The notes under the pieces were generated by a model. That model was not told where the DNA came from, did no database searches, and saw only the letters and a program-made list of their open reading frames with translations. A program made the position numbers and the translations under genes. From NCBI GenBank assembly GCA_965644295.1, contig CBFFRP010000405.1, positions 124,001-188,000 on the forward strand: a stretch of 64,000 nucleotides of DNA. Direction: 5' to 3'. This stretch comes from Paraphysomonas bandaiensis (Eukaryota > Protista > Chrysophyceae). Below, piece by piece: positions 24,901 to 39,516 of the stretch. The stretch's first letter is position 1. Each line of letters opens with the position of its first letter.

Positions 24901-27900
24901 CTGTATCCATCCAAAAAACTGCTCCATGACCTCGGGTCGGCCGCTCGACGAAAACTGATGCCAAAGCGTGTGTATCTTCCTAAAATCGATATCCAAGCTT
25001 GAGTTAACTAGTATGAACTCCAGGAACGACATGCAGATTTTCACATGACTACCATCAACACACTCCGTAGCGACAGGTGATGGAAGCAAGTTTGCAGTAG
25101 GGGCAGTCACAACAGATTCCACAGTCATATCATCCAGCATAGCAGTGTCTGAGTCGCCGCCAAGTCCCTTTCCGATGAACACCATTAATGCATCGATAAG
25201 GTCGTAGTTATCCTCACAGTGCTTGATGATCTGGTCCCTTGAGAGTGCTACCTTTGCATGCAAACCTCGCGAAGCTTCGGGTTGTTGTTCAACAATTCGC
25301 CTTAGCAAATGCATCGCAGCAAGAGCATCAAGTGGAAAGGTGGCTTGGCCATCAGGTGCTTGGGCGATTGGCATAGGTTTCCCACGGATGATATCTATGC
25401 AACGCTCCATATACACAGGCAACAATTTCCGCATCTGCACTGCGGACAAAATAGAGGCAAGGGCATCTGCAGCAACCCTCTGTGTAGACGACAGAGAAAA
25501 ATCCGACGACAAAGACGTCCTAGTCATAAGGCTCTCCCAGAGGAGTGACAGTCCAGGGTCGTCTGCAGTGATGCTACTAGACGAGCCGGAAACAGACACG
25601 GCATTCTCGAGAACTCCCTTCACCAGTCCCAGTTTAGCTTCATCAATCGGCCTGGGTAAAGTGCGGATAAGTCCCAGCAGCACGGCCAGATAATCAGGGG
25701 AAAGCTTGCCGGAAAGTGAGGCCAGGAGCGTATACGCAGTGCGGGTAGTCCCAGAAGAAGCTGAGGTCTGACCAGCGCGCCAGAGTAGCTGCAAGTGAGA
25801 TTCTGTTAGGGCACCTTTAGACGCAACGAACAACAGTAGAGTTTGGGACCGCTTCAGTATTTCATCGTGGTTATCCGAAAGCCCGTGGTCGCGAAGGACA
25901 GCAGAGTCGCCTGATGCATAAGTTACATGATAGTTAGCACTACACAAACCGCACCTAGCACGAGTTCAACGATATCATTACTACAGACCCAACTACAGAC
26001 CCACGAAGACGTCAACCAATGAATAGTAGGCTCACCAACGTGCTGCCTACTGCCATACGAGTAATAGCTCATTGCCGCACTCCCGTAAGTTTTCTTAGCC
26101 AATTCCTTCTTATTCAGTAAATCGAGGATATCGTTGAGAAAAGACAGGCCACGAATACGCAGATTCAGATAAGGTGACGTCATGAACACCTTACACAAGA
26201 ACAGCTTATACTTCTCTGTTGTGCAGACAGCAAGTAATTAATTCCATGAGATAACTTGCAATGAACTACTCACCATGAGTCTCGTGGAAAGGAAAATCTT
26301 TCCATAGAGACCGCAAAATCAACTCTAGGTCTTTCCAAATAGCATCCACTGGACCAATGCAATCCCCGGTGGTGCTAACCTCCATCAATTCCCTCAGATC
26401 GGTATCGCAACCCACTTGATGCAAGCGCCGCACAACGGCAAGTTGTAGATCTGGCAGAAAGGAAGCACAGAACTTCTTTGTAAATAAGTAAGAAACACCC
26501 CGCACCAACGCCACCAGGGAATGAACTTCTGCCAGAGAAAGCATAGATGAAGTGGTAGTGGGAGGATCAATAAGACGGCATATAGCAGCGAACCCCCCTT
26601 TGCTCCCGAAATGGTTTAAATTTGTGATCAATAGCTTTGAAGTCTCCTGCAGACCACTGCTGCTTCCCATCAGCACACTACGAGTAGACTTTGCAACCTT
26701 TGATACTGGTCCATCCAACATGAGGTCCGTGGACGACAAGTAGACGTCATCAGCAGCAATGCCGATTCCATAATGATCGTAATACCACGTGAGGTTGCTG
26801 CGCCAGACATCATTAGTAAAGGATCCTCGATTCACACAACTAGATATCATGTGAAGAAAACTTACTCATCCAACATAAATAGCCGCCCAAGCATTTGCTG
26901 TTTTCCCATATTGAAGTCGCCCTGCATCATACTCGCAATCAGGACATCCAACGCATCTCGTAGCAGTCCGTTAACAGTAGGCAGGACGGAACAGTCCGCA
27001 AACGAAGAGGTTAGCAGCTGCATAGAGTCCATCACCACATGCAGTACTCAGCAGTAACCACGTACCGTATCGATAACTCTACAAGCTTCAGTTCTCCAGA
27101 AGCTCTCAAACTCTGTCATTGATTTACAATCACTATCTGCAAAAGCTCTGAGCTCGTTCCTAGTCCGTTTCATTTCTTGCAGTGATAACGCACACTCCAC
27201 GCCCTGCTCCCGTTTGGACCACCCTGTGTCTTTTCCTGATGTTTGAGTACCAAGCTCTGCAAGCTTCGTAGATCCTCGAGACATTACTTCATCCCACTTC
27301 GAGGCCCAGCCCTTGAAGTGAACCTTGACGTGAGTTGCATCCGCCTCGACGATCTGATCAGCACCCAACAACAATTATATCCACAGCAAACACACACAGA
27401 ACTATTTCTACCTGAGCAACACACCAGTTGTTGATACTGTCCAGCGCGTCACACCAATCGCCTTCACAGAGAGAGAATCCGCTCCATTTTACTGGGCCAT
27501 CTGTAAGATAGAATTCAATACTACTTCGATGCAATCGCTTGACAGACCTCGTGAGACGCGCTGCACTGATATATATACAGAGCCAGACTCACTACCGTTG
27601 TCAATTATAGCGGGCTCCAAAAGCTCAAATCCTTCATCTGTACTTTGTTACTAGCGTATAAGAGCAAGATTTTGTGTACCTGGTTGCTTACTGTCATAGA
27701 CAAGCTGAATGTGACCTATTGGATCGATATCTTTTCCTCTCCGAAAATATATATATGCACCTTTCGATAGACCTTTCAGCATATTTTTTGGAAGTTTCTC
27801 AAACTCTTCTATATCGACATCGCCATCTCCATGAACAACTCTTATTTCAACGATGGGGTCTCCTCGACCTGCTCCGTCATGGTACCACAGAAAGCTCGGT

Positions 27901-28095
27901 GATTTCCCGGATCCTCTATTCAGCTCCGCTTGACCGCCATCAGGAAGAGCAATTTTATGAAACCCCTGAGTAAAAATAGCAGATATCAAATGCAGAAATA
28001 CGACTAAAATACAGCAGAGTGTAAGTGACTAAATAACTCACAGGAGGAGCCAGTGACGATCCATATGTAATATCCAAGTCTGTTATTCCGGGCAT
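18929..28095 (-). CDS. Very large ubiquitin-specific protease (USP9X/24/34-like) with N-terminal MABP-like and Tudor/chromo-like domains and a C-terminal Tudor-like domain
   Basis: Cys box GLYNPSCICYMNS, QQDASEF, LIIHLKRF, His box VHVGTAHSGHYYSY, WFEFND in the 2048-aa ORF; flanking ORFs join through short introns; ATG at 28095 (MPGITDLDI). Confidence 0.9.
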
Positions 28096-31000
28096 TGTAC
28101 AAGATACGACGAATTAAATTAGCACCTACTCGTCAGCAGGGGATCATGTGTTTTCTATTCGACACCTCTGTTGATATTCCTATGCTTTGATGCATGCAAT
28201 GAGCTCTATGATCTGCTATATATATATACACCTACGAAAAATGCATCCCCACACCACCATATCTACTGCTGTGCATAGGCATACAGTACCAGTACTCGTA
28301 CTGCTGTACTCTCACTCCTCTGCTCTGCTCTGCTGTATCTCTGCAACACTTCGTCCTACCACACAAGTCCAGAAAAATGAATTCTGTTTTTTTGTATGGG
28401 AGTGTGTGTAGGAGGGGGTTGAAGTGGAGATATTCTGGTCTGCAGAATTCAGCGTTTATGTACGTGATTCAGCGTTAATGTACGTCCCTCTTAACGACCA
28501 TATCGAGCGTATGGCTGCATAAAAGTACTTATATATATATAGTCTTGTAGAGGACTCTTATTACTACTATGTGCCTTACTGACAATATCTACCGTGTGTA
28601 ATCAGGTCAGTATTCCCAGTGAATAAGCGAACGTCATGAAATAACAAATATGTTCCAGTGGCCACCATAAGGCGCGATGACAATACCTAAGAACTGTTTA
28701 AGTATCGATATTAGGCAGTCTAATATGCCCTACCTCTCATTGGGTGGCTTCATACTCCACTACGGTTGCCACAAAGGTGTCTGGTATTACACTTACCAGG
28801 GTCAGTCAGAGCAGTGTAAATTGATTGATGATAATTAGAATTGTTGTAGTTTCATAGAGATGTGCACAAACCGGTGATGTGGGAGTGCTTAATTCCTGTC
28901 AGTTGTTGTTTTTGCGATCCGAGCCAGGAAATGCATTGACTGTGGCCACTGCCTTCGAATTGATTGGCAATCGAAGCAAGCCTTTGTAGTGCTACAGTTG
29001 AGAGACGTGTTGATGCGTATGCCGAACGGCAATGTCAGTGATGCCGTCAAATTACTTTTTAATGTTTGCATGTGTTGAAACGTTAAATATCGGGATGTAC
29101 CAAAACCTTCATAAGATCAATTAGAAGCATATATATCGAGAGGACAAAACAAGAGTTATTATTGATAGTGATCCAAGTCAAGAACTATCCAGTATCAAGA
29201 ATTATAGTCCAAAGCTTCATGGAATGTACAACTTGTGAAAGGTTTAAACTTGGCACAAAGGTGTACATGAATTTCTAAATGAGAAAGCAAAGAAATTAAC
29301 TTCGATTAGTTTGGATATATATATTTTTAGTAAGCCAATCTTGCCTATGATTATTATTTCCGTAATTAAGTGTTTGAATCATCGCTTGGGGGTGTTGAAG
29401 TGCTGTCCGAGAAAGTTTCCGGTAGTTTTAATATTCATAGATTTTGTAGTGCGTATGTATTGAGTTATATCCACACATTAAACTACAACCAACTCCATAA
29501 TGGGGTAATAATATAATAAAAGCATACAGGGGTACTGAGGGAAGGTTGTAAGGCAATGAGGTAGCATACATGGGTGCCTTGGCTAGTGGCTATACCTAGG
29601 CAGTACGCAGAATTAGGAGAGAGGAGTGCATAATATTCAATTGTTATAATATATATATATATACATTTTCAAGATTATAAAAGCATTGTAGACATAGAAT
29701 AGAGTGTACTTTGTAGCTTTGGTTTCCTCTGGGGGCGATATGGGGGCTGATGGGGTGGTGCATGTAAGTGCTTGTGATTGGGGTATAATGTACAATTAGT
29801 AGTTGGTGTGAAAAGAGTTTCCATACGTGTCAACATGTGTATAAAGCCAAAATATAGCTAAACATACAATGTTCATATTGTATACAATGTACTTGTCATG
29901 TTTTTCATCATCTGGAGGTCACCTAACAGCCTCTGGTGGTTGACATATAGAGGAGAACTATATCTGTATTGGAATAGTAAATTACAAGCTTATTATTATT
30001 ATATCTTGGGTTACCTGCTGTCACAGTATATATACTTATGATTTATATGTTTTTACGATATCTATGAAGGTGCACTCGGCTCAAGGGCTCACTGTGATGA
30101 ATACTGGTGATATGCATATTAAGGGTGTGAGCGTGTGTCAATGTGTTTCAACTCTGTACATATTTTCATACTCTCACTATAGAAAAGATAAAAGTTATAC
30201 GCTCTATGAGTATAAATATATATAGACTCCGTATATTTAAGTCAACTTTTGGCCTTCTACTGCTCTTCTTCTTCATAATTACCAGATCGCCTGCTTGCTC
30301 AATAAGATGCTTAATAACGACTGGAATAACCCACTTAATGATGCCACGAATAAACCTCGTCTTATCTTTGCTTTAAAGGGTTGTGACATTGCTGTCTTAT
30401 GTCGATATTGTCTTGTATTTGTTGCTATCTTTTAATGTGTCTATCACGTCTTTTATCTCTTCCACAGATAGAGCTCCATTATTGGGGTAAACCGTATGCA
30501 ATAAATTACCTTTTTTACATCTACCCTTTTCTTAATAGAATGCTGTATTTTTAGGGTAAAATAGTAAAAATAGTAAAAATGGGAGAAAAAAATAAATTGC
30601 CGCCATCCTTTAATCTGAGGGTGTGGGGAATAGTGAGTGGTGATGATGAGTGAGAACTTTTCTCGTTTTTCTGGACTTGTCTGGTAGGACTTCGACTTAT
30701 GCTTCCAAGAGTGTTCTAAAAAAGTGACCTTTCTTAAAAAAAAAGAAGCCATGCTCAAGAAAACTACGACCTTGAGGTGTTATTCCTGGACATGGTATGG
30801 AAAGTTCGTGTCGAGCACTTCGTTTTTTTCAGTTTTTATATCATGCCTTTATTCAGACCAGGTCATCCCTTCATACAAAAAAAAGCTCACACACCTTCCA
30901 TGTCAAGTCGTCACGTCAAGGATCTTGTTTGGATACTTCTCTCACAGTAAACACCCCAACACATAAGAGTGGATGCTTCCAGTGGTCAGCCATATCAACA

Positions 31001-31925
31001 CTGACATCTGGTCGAATATCAGATGATGGGGAGTGAGAGGGATGTAATCCTGGTCCTCTGAACCTGAAGATATACTCAGAGTTGCTGTCTCTTCCTGTAA
31101 GCTCACTGTTTGCTTGGTTTTGGGGAAACAATTATTAAATTACTATATAAATATTAGCGATTCTTCCATGGAAAGAACTCACTTCATTATTGGTCACATT
31201 CATAGTGTGTTTCTGGATATAAACTCCTTGCTGTGATTGAAGAATATGAAGGTTATCTGTACAGACGCAACAGAGGTTATCACGCCTATGTCTTATCTGG
31301 CTTTAAAATAAGACTTCGTTCTCGCAAGTGTTAAAGTAATCATCTTATGACGTATCAGTGTAGAGGACCTATACATGATCATTATAAGTGTGGAATATGT
31401 TCTGTGTGTTCACTCAGTGTGCTTCAACAATACGTTCCTACATGTGTGGTATATGATCTGTGTGCTCTATGTATATCCTCTATATATGTGTAGAGTGTAA
31501 GAATTTAATAATGTATACTTGCATCGTGGTCTGAAACTGTCATATTCTAGTTTATGTTTCTGCAACATTTCTATGCAGAATTTTTCTACCTATTGCACAC
31601 GGTCAGAGGGAGCTACATTCCCTCTAGATTTAAACAATAATATACACTTATCCCCATTTTATCTCAAAAGAAGTGTTTCATTGACCTGAAATGGGTTCAA
31701 CAGAGCGCTCATATCAGCACCAGGCAAAAATAGACTTCAAAATTCGGTTTCAACAGAAACTCTCTTCTATCCTCATTATGATGATGACTATTACATCTAC
31801 TCCTGACTGTATAGAAATTTAAAAAAATATTACATATATACAACACACCAGGCTGAGTCATTGGTGATTAATATATCTCCACAATCCCACCACTCCTCTC
31901 AGCATCAAGTTTCGTCTTCTAATAG

Positions 31926-32310
31926 TGAATGTCGTATTATTAGCAATATGCGCTTAAGAGTCAAAACTAATTTAGCATTGCAATTTAACTAATTCGTGCT
32001 TAGCTATAATATCCTACTATTTAGCGCTACGAAAGCTATTTGTACGTCATTGCAAGCACCACAGAGCAACCACTTTCGCTCTATCGCTCAAAACAAACGC
32101 AGTAAGCGAGAATAATGTTGATATACCTGGCATCTGATGACTTCAGGATTTTTGAGTCCTAAAGGTGAGCTTCCCGGATGCTTGCCTTCAGCAGGCAGCC
32201 AAATTTCCCGGATGTCCTTGAGATGGGCCCATTCTCGGATGCCTGTTTATTCGTCAAGGCCTAAAGACTTTACACAAGTGACACTTATTTTAGTGTACCT
32301 TGTACCACAC
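31926..32310 (-). mobile_element. Non-autonomous retroelement copy F (same subfamily as 18085-18778)
   Basis: Long similarity to copy E; RNA motif at 32030-32078; ends AATAATACGACATTCA. Confidence 0.65.
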
Positions 32311-32599
32311 AACAAGCATTTGGCTATGAGTAGGCAGAATAATATCTGCTGACTATATATGTGGCTCACGTTAGTCTCTTGGAGAAATGTCTCTGGTACT
32401 TATCCCCCAGAACACTACAAAAATATGCGAGTTCAACTTTGATGAGGAAGTCACGTCTTATTTCCTGTGCTACTTTCTTTTTAACGTTTGTTTTCTTCCT
32501 CGCCCCACGCTGCTCCTCTCTGCGGGGTATACATTGGATAGAACTCCATCATATCGGTGGTTGTAGAATCATCAAGCAATTCTCGTAAATTAGGACCTG

Positions 32600-34100
32600 G
32601 TAACCATAAATAGCAAATGCAATTATAATTGCGGGGTATTTTTCATTAATGGCATCATAATTGCCGTGAACTAGGCACCCATTCATGTGCTGGCGCTATA
32701 AAGATCAAGATATAGTATCTCCTCTATTGTGTTCATTAGCTATTAGCAACTATAAACAATGTTCATGCAATTTAAAGCTATAATTGTTAGCAAATAGTTT
32801 TGTGAGCAACTACATACTGGATAATTGAAGTGCCTGCTTCGTGATGATTGCAATCAACACTTTCATTGGTTTGTGTAATAAAAAGTGATAATAGCTCAAA
32901 ATACAACAAATGTAACGGCAATAGCGACAGTCATATGATCATACCATTCACACTTCATCGACACACATTATGATATATGCTGCTTTGCAAACATCATACT
33001 TTTTTACTTTCCTCCATCATATATATGAAATGAAAAATAGCAATATGACACTATATTACATGGTGATGATATTCATTACGCTTCATGCTCTCGTTTAATG
33101 ATAAAATTCGCTTCCGGTTATGCCTATAAGAAGGCCGACCCAATGACCCTAATCAAAAATCTAAAAAAGAATTTTGAAAATATGCAGCTTATTAGTTACA
33201 TATTATAAAACGAAACAAAATGCTTATAACATAATATATATATTATTATATTAAGAGCGATAAGTCTTCTTCCGAGTGGATTCGAAGAATCCTCTGTATT
33301 AATTTTGTTGGTTGTGCAATGGTCGCATAAAGCAAGATAAAAGCAATGTTACACGTCTTGTATGAATTATATTTCCAAACAATCGAAGAATGAGAGTTGA
33401 CAGGCAATTAGAGAAGAGAAGTTAGGCATCTGCACCTGGATTCATTCATTGATGTTATAGTGCATCCGACAGAAAAAACGACGACGAATGTGAAGGAACT
33501 GATTTCGTACAGCGTGTTCTGGACAGCGCCGACGTCACCAAAATAGAGTTCGACTTATAGTACTTAATGAGTTCATATCAAAACACAATCTAATGTTGTT
33601 GAGAGGCTCTTTAGTCGTGCAAAGTTGATTATGACACCTGGGCGTCGAAACATGAATCCAATTATTCGTATTCCTAATAATTCCTACGAGCCAATTACCA
33701 CCTCTACCTATGTACACATTGCATTGTTCAGCGGTTTCCCACACTGCATATTAAGCGCTGAATACCGTGTGATAATGATGTAGCTAGTTGGGTTCAGTAG
33801 GTAGCTATCAAATAATGTGTGGGACTTAAGCAAATATTAGTTAGGTACCCACCTGGCCCCCACCCGGATCTATGTAAGTACGCGCTCAGAATGGAGCAGT
33901 GGTATATGCTAATATACCCTCCATATATGAAGCCTTGCAAAAGAATAATGATGATATATATGCAGTTACGGTACGTAGTCTGTTTTATAACTTTATTAGT
34001 AATTACGGGAGCACCACACTATCTATTATGAGCGATATTATCTAGTTAGGTATTGAAGGCAATTAATAGTCATTATAATTGCTGGGAACTGGGAATCATT
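32600..34100 (+). mobile_element. Old hAT transposon relic
   Basis: 33589-33660 translates SNVVERLFSRAKLIMTPGRRNMNP (hAT C-terminal dimerisation motif); GCAATTATAATTGC-type subterminal motifs near 32617 and 34060. Boundaries approximate. Confidence 0.55.
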
Positions 34101-34817
34101 ATTTTCATCATTATTTTTCAATAATAACTCAGTTATCTCTTTGTCCTTTTCTATTATATTACTTCTTATATCAATAATAAGCTCATATTATCGTCGCTAT
34201 AATATTTACTTGATCCTTGATCCTTGATCCTTGATCCTAGTAAATATAAGTCCAGGAACTGTAATAATTGCATGATTTCAAACACATCATATATGTGTAC
34301 AAGCTTAAGCATGTGCAAACGAGAAATCATAGTATAGAAGATTAGTGATTTCAGATACTTCCTTTTAATGATTAACAATGACAAAAGCTGATAGACAAGA
34401 AACTAAAGAGTGAAATACACCTAATTTACAGATTACATGATATTCTACTGTAGATAAGTTTAGTAGCATATTGTAGAAGTAAGCCTTTTGTTTAAATTAA
34501 GTAAGAATAACGTCCTATTCGGTTCGCAATTAGTTTCATCAAACGACCTCTAACCGTTTTTATACAGAAGATCAAAACAACATTTCCTTAGAAAATTTTG
34601 ATTGATTTAAAAAAAGTATTAAACCCAATAAATATAATACATATACGTCTGCACGTCCCACACACTGTCAACATATTAAAACACTTCAAGCATTAGCCAC
34701 TTGAACGTATAAGTCGTCGCGGATCAAATATAGTACACTATCACAATAAGACTTCACAGCTATTTCCTCGCATGATATTTAAAAAAAAAACATACATAGT
34801 GTCTGTTAATGGGGGTA

Positions 34818-37122
34818 CTAGCGAGCAGCAAGGTACTTGCATATCTCAGATCGAATCATGTCCTCCCCTGGCATTGGCTTCTTCCACACCGCGTCTGCCC
34901 CTGCCTCTAAAAAGGAGGTGGCATACTTTTTGGCATTAGCACTACATCCGATGATGATTGTGGAGTTGGGAACCGACCGATTCCCCCTCAAAATTTTAAC
35001 AACCTACAAAAGAGTTGGACACGTGTCAGATTCATAAATAAAAATTATGAATCAGGAACATCGTAAGCTATGCCCTAACAATACAACATGTTAAATGTGT
35101 TCACGGTAGACTCACCTCATGACCGAGAAGATATCCTCCAGTGCTTTGAAGGTTCTCGTCCACAAATATAATGTCAAATGTCTCCTTCGAGCTGATCAGG
35201 CGCTGAATTGCTTCCTCACCGTTTCCAGCCTCACTCACTACCCAGGCCCCCGCAGCAATTTCTGCAGCTATCTCCTCCTCTACCAAGTCGATGGAAGAAG
35301 GACAGGACCAGTCTCCATGTTGGCTGTTGGACAGTGAACCCCCTCCGTAGCCGAAATTTCCACTGGGTCGGCGTATGGGCGAAGATGTACCACTGTTAAC
35401 CTCACTAACAGCAAGAGAGCCACCACTTGGTCGTCGTTTCTTCAGTCGCTTTGCCATCATCTTGCGCTGGAAGGTGCTATCTTCTATCACCAGGATACGC
35501 AGCCCTTTCATGAAGCTCGTTGCCTTCGAGACGACATCGGAAAGTCCTCCAAGCAACGAATTGTGTCCATCAAGAGAAGCATCGATTGACTCTGATCTCA
35601 TCCGAGTTATAGGGAAATACGGGTTATTGTCCTCACTTGGCAGATCTACGCACGACCCTGTCGGGGACGTACTTACAAATGACCCCGAGGAGCTTGATTG
35701 AAACGAAGAGGAGGGCGAGCGGCGCATCGCTCTTCTGTGCTGCACATCAGCCTCGGAAACAAAACGGCAATCAACATCATCTGACATATCCGAATCCACT
35801 ACTCCGATGAGTGCCGGGATAGTTCCGGAAGGGCGGCGTCCAGCTGATGGGCGCTTCCTAATATGAGTCTTTTTCCTCGGGCGATATATGTACACTCCAT
35901 TGTCTACCACAATATCCTCTTCGATTCCCTCTGGTATATTGTTTACAGTAAGATTCTTCTTTACTTCTTCTCCTTCCTGCAGCAGTGAAAGAATGGTTTC
36001 CAGGTAGTCACGAAAGCAGAAAGCATATGCCGAATCAAGTCGGGAGATCAATTTCTTTCCGCGTCGCAAGCGGTCCCAGAAATCAGATCCTAGAAACTTT
36101 TTCTTCATCTGTAAACGAGCCAGCCAATCATAAACATACATTACTTGCACTGTGAGGTACCTGATGCTGCACGACCTCCAAGGGCCATAAAGCGTGATTA
36201 TGCTTGCGAATATAGAACTGGGTCACAGCGCAAGTGGGGTACAGCTCCTCTCCTTCTAAGGACAAAATTTCCCCATGATCCAGTCTAGAAGAGGTGTACA
36301 ACTGAATCTCCTGAAGAGCCTCACAAACCAAGCGCTCCCCACCCACTGATTGGAATACTGTCCGAAGCATAAGCTCCAGGCTAGGAAGGCTGACGACTTC
36401 GTAGTTGTCCAGCTCAGAAAATATACCAATGACAAATCTCACGAAGTCATTCGGATCGCACAAACATATAGCAGCGAACACACTAAAAGCGTACAAGTCT
36501 AAGTGTTTGACGATTCCAATGGAATCCACGTACCACGATAACTGATGCGAATAATCGACAGACATGTAGCTGTCTGGTCTCTCCATATACCGCTGAAGAA
36601 TATTATGAAAGAAATTCCAGTGCGGAGTGGTTGCAGTCGCTTCTTGAAAGAAAATTACGTTTAATATCCTCTCTGTTTCCACCTGATCATAGTCTGTTCT
36701 TGTGCCCTGATTAAGCATTAAAGAAACATATTGAAGTCAATAATAATCCACCACTACCGACACAGCTTGGACTTCATGCAGTATCGTGTTAAACCCATTG
36801 ATCACATCCACAAGCAGATAATCGGTATTCATCCCAATTTCTATCGGGGAAAATAATTATGTGAGTCTCTACATGTAGACATATATCATATATCTGATTA
36901 ATTTGACTGCCATCATTTACCTCCATTGGAAGCGTCTTGTAGTGTAGGGTGAAGAACTGGCCAGCACGCCTGTAGTGAGTACTATGAAGTGATCGCAGTG
37001 AGATCTTTCAGCTACACTGCTGTTCGTTGAGATGGGATTTCAACTGACATCACCCCCAAAGACTTCTGCTGTATTTGCACAGAAGTTCAAGAGAAGTGCA
37101 ACGTATACTCACCAGCAGCATA
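34818..37122 (-). CDS. Orphan response-regulator (receiver domain) protein, multi-exon; 5' end uncertain
   Basis: LRILVIED...EAGNGEEA...FDIIFVDENL...GHE|VVKILR...IIIGCSAN...FLEAGADAVWKKP: acidic pocket, phospho-acceptor Asp, Ser and Lys-Pro all present. Confidence 0.8.
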
Positions 37123-37949
37123 CACAATGGGACACGGGGAATAAAATCCAAGATTTTTTAAAAGAGATACTTTTTAATGGGGGTTTATAGGCCTTGAGGT
37201 CATTTACAAAAGTGCTACTTCAACTTCCGGCCTTCTATTGCAGATTACACATATCTGTAAGGGAAGAAACCTGCTCCCATTGAAATACGCAATCAACCCA
37301 TTCTCAGAGAGCGAATTTATTGTCATCCAGGCCGCAGATTTGAAATGAAATCAGAAGCAATATCCTGAACTGAATAAATCAGCTGTGTTGACATGACACG
37401 CAGATAATATCAGTGGCTGCTGAAAACAGTGCCCATATATTTGATGTAAAGATGCTATTGCTTCTACTGACAATCATATGTGCTTTCATCTGCTGCTCAG
37501 TTTGCCCCAGTGAGGATGGCCTTCGTCGTTAATGATAACATGAGTCCATATCGCGATACTACTTTAATTGGCTTGGTCATACTTTTTCTGGCTTTTCGCA
37601 GGTTCACGTATGTTTTCGATTGTGGACAGTACTGTAATTAAGTACTGTTCACCCTTACGAAAGATCAAGAACTACCCTGAAGAGTACTCAAAAACACAGA
37701 AATTTTCACTCCCTCTCTTCGAACGCCGGTCATTTTTCGGTGATTATTTTTGGTCCTTCTAAAGTTACTATCTACTTGTTCAGTTCAATTTGTTAAGTGT
37801 ACGTACAGTATTCATGTTTACGATACATACAATAGTAACTTGGGTCTGGCTTTGGAATAATATGTAATTATTTCTGCTGATTTATGTGCTGAACTAGACT
37901 GTGACGTCAACATTGCACACTTCTGATACGGTTTTATGGTTGCTACTAG

Positions 37950-38402
37950 CAGGGCTAGGAAGCTATATATTGTATTGTAATGTAGTGTACAATATTTTGT
38001 ATTGTAGCAATATTTTTATTGTCACTCTAGCGTACAATATATTTTTCATTGATAAACATGCGAGTACTAATATAGACATCAAACCACTGGTTACTTATTG
38101 AACAGTTTTTCATTGATAAACATGCGAGTACTAATATAGACATCAAACCACTGGTTACTTATTGAACAGTTTGGCAGCTGGTATATTTCATGTAATGGCA
38201 ATGCACCCGATCACCAATCACACACTGTAAAGCTAAACGATCATGCTTTTGTTTCATCTGCACCACATAATCACACCAAAACATGCTATGAGGACACTAC
38301 ACGGAAACGTCAATGCATCGAATTATTATGGGCCGGTTAGAAAAGTGTTGCAGCAATATTGATGGAGCGATCGCTACTGTACCCGGCTGCACCGTAGCCC
38401 TG
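37950..38402. mobile_element. Degenerate hAT-family MITE containing a 64-bp tandem duplication (38042-38169)
   Basis: Ends CAGGGCTA... and ...TAGCCCTG with TATTG subterminal motifs like element 41119-41870; no TSD recognisable. Confidence 0.45.
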
Positions 38403-38962
38403 TTAGCTGGAGTTCAATGAATATTTCTAATGGTGCTATCATTAGCGAACTGAGTACATGTCCTCTAAAAAGTAAAAAATGCCTGAAGATTTCAAGTTTC
38501 TTTCTTGGATTATGGATTGTTACGAATTACGATCGTCAATCAATTACAAGTGTTATATAGACTGCACAAAGCCAGCGCAGAATATTCTAGTGAAGTGCAT
38601 ATTCAATCAGCATTTCAATAACACATATTACTTCTTTGCTTTGTACGTCATGCCGCGTGTTGTGAGTGTCGGCATACTAACAACATGTAGACATGTAGAT
38701 AGCTGTAGTAACGTAGTAACCAGTTAGTCATGATTATTATCCCTAATTTTTTAGGTGACAAGGTTTCGTCATTTAATGGCATATTACTATCCCTTTACCG
38801 TAAACGAATAACATTCTGCGTATTGTGACATATTGCGACGGAGATACTCAAGTATGAGAACCATGACAGCGGGTAAGATGTACAGAAGTACCAAGGTATA
38901 TTTACGTAGATATGCTTAATTAGGCATGAGCGAAACAGGTGATCACAGTAAAGCAAGCAAAT

Positions 38963-39516
38963 TTACTTAAGGGGAATAAAGCGAGAAGAGTTTGTAGATC
39001 CAATGCCAGGGCGTCCATGTCTCACAGGTCTGTTTTAATGCGGTAAGACATCAATAAGTAGAAAAAATATGAAATGACCTGTAGGTGATGGAAAACTCGC
39101 CGAGGTAGTGGCCAACCATCTCAGGCTTAATTTCGACGTGATTGAAGACCTTACCATTGTAGACAGCCACCTGAGAGCCGATCATCTCAGGAACAATAAG
39201 CATATTTCTGAGGTGGGTTTTGACGGCCTCGGGCTTGTCAAGAGGACCAGCAGCTACAACAAATGTCACCCCAAAATATAATATTATTCCCTATGTACAC
39301 ACCAGCCTTAGCCTTTCTCAATTTCTTGATAAGAGCCATGGGCTTTCTAGTCAAACCTCTCTGCATCCTCCTGCGAGCACGGGAGTGAACATAGTTCAAG
39401 AGCTCCTCATGAGAGAGATCAAGAAGCTTGTCAAGCTCAATTCCACGGAATTGGAACTTCTTAAACTGTCTCTTCTTGCGAAGAGCAGCGATAGCATCTA
39501 CATCAATATCAGCCAT
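38963..39516 (-). CDS. RPS15: 40S ribosomal protein S15 (uS19), 3 exons
   Basis: [21 protein letters not shown]...[17 protein letters not shown]...[11 protein letters not shown]|[22 protein letters not shown]. Confidence 0.97.

Noticed and set aside
19905-25693. Numerous short antisense or alternate-frame ORFs within the USP gene (likewise within Brr2)
   Set aside because: Shadow ORFs of long coding exons with no independent evidence.
28860-29100. Coding-like fragment possibly from a KDZ/CxC-type transposon
   Set aside because: Short, interrupted by stops, and no diagnostic motif can be confirmed by eye.
32130-32185. CTGATGA followed by a hairpin as a hammerhead ribozyme
   Set aside because: The required GAAA after stem II and the stem III/cleavage triplet are absent here and in the sister copy near 18250.
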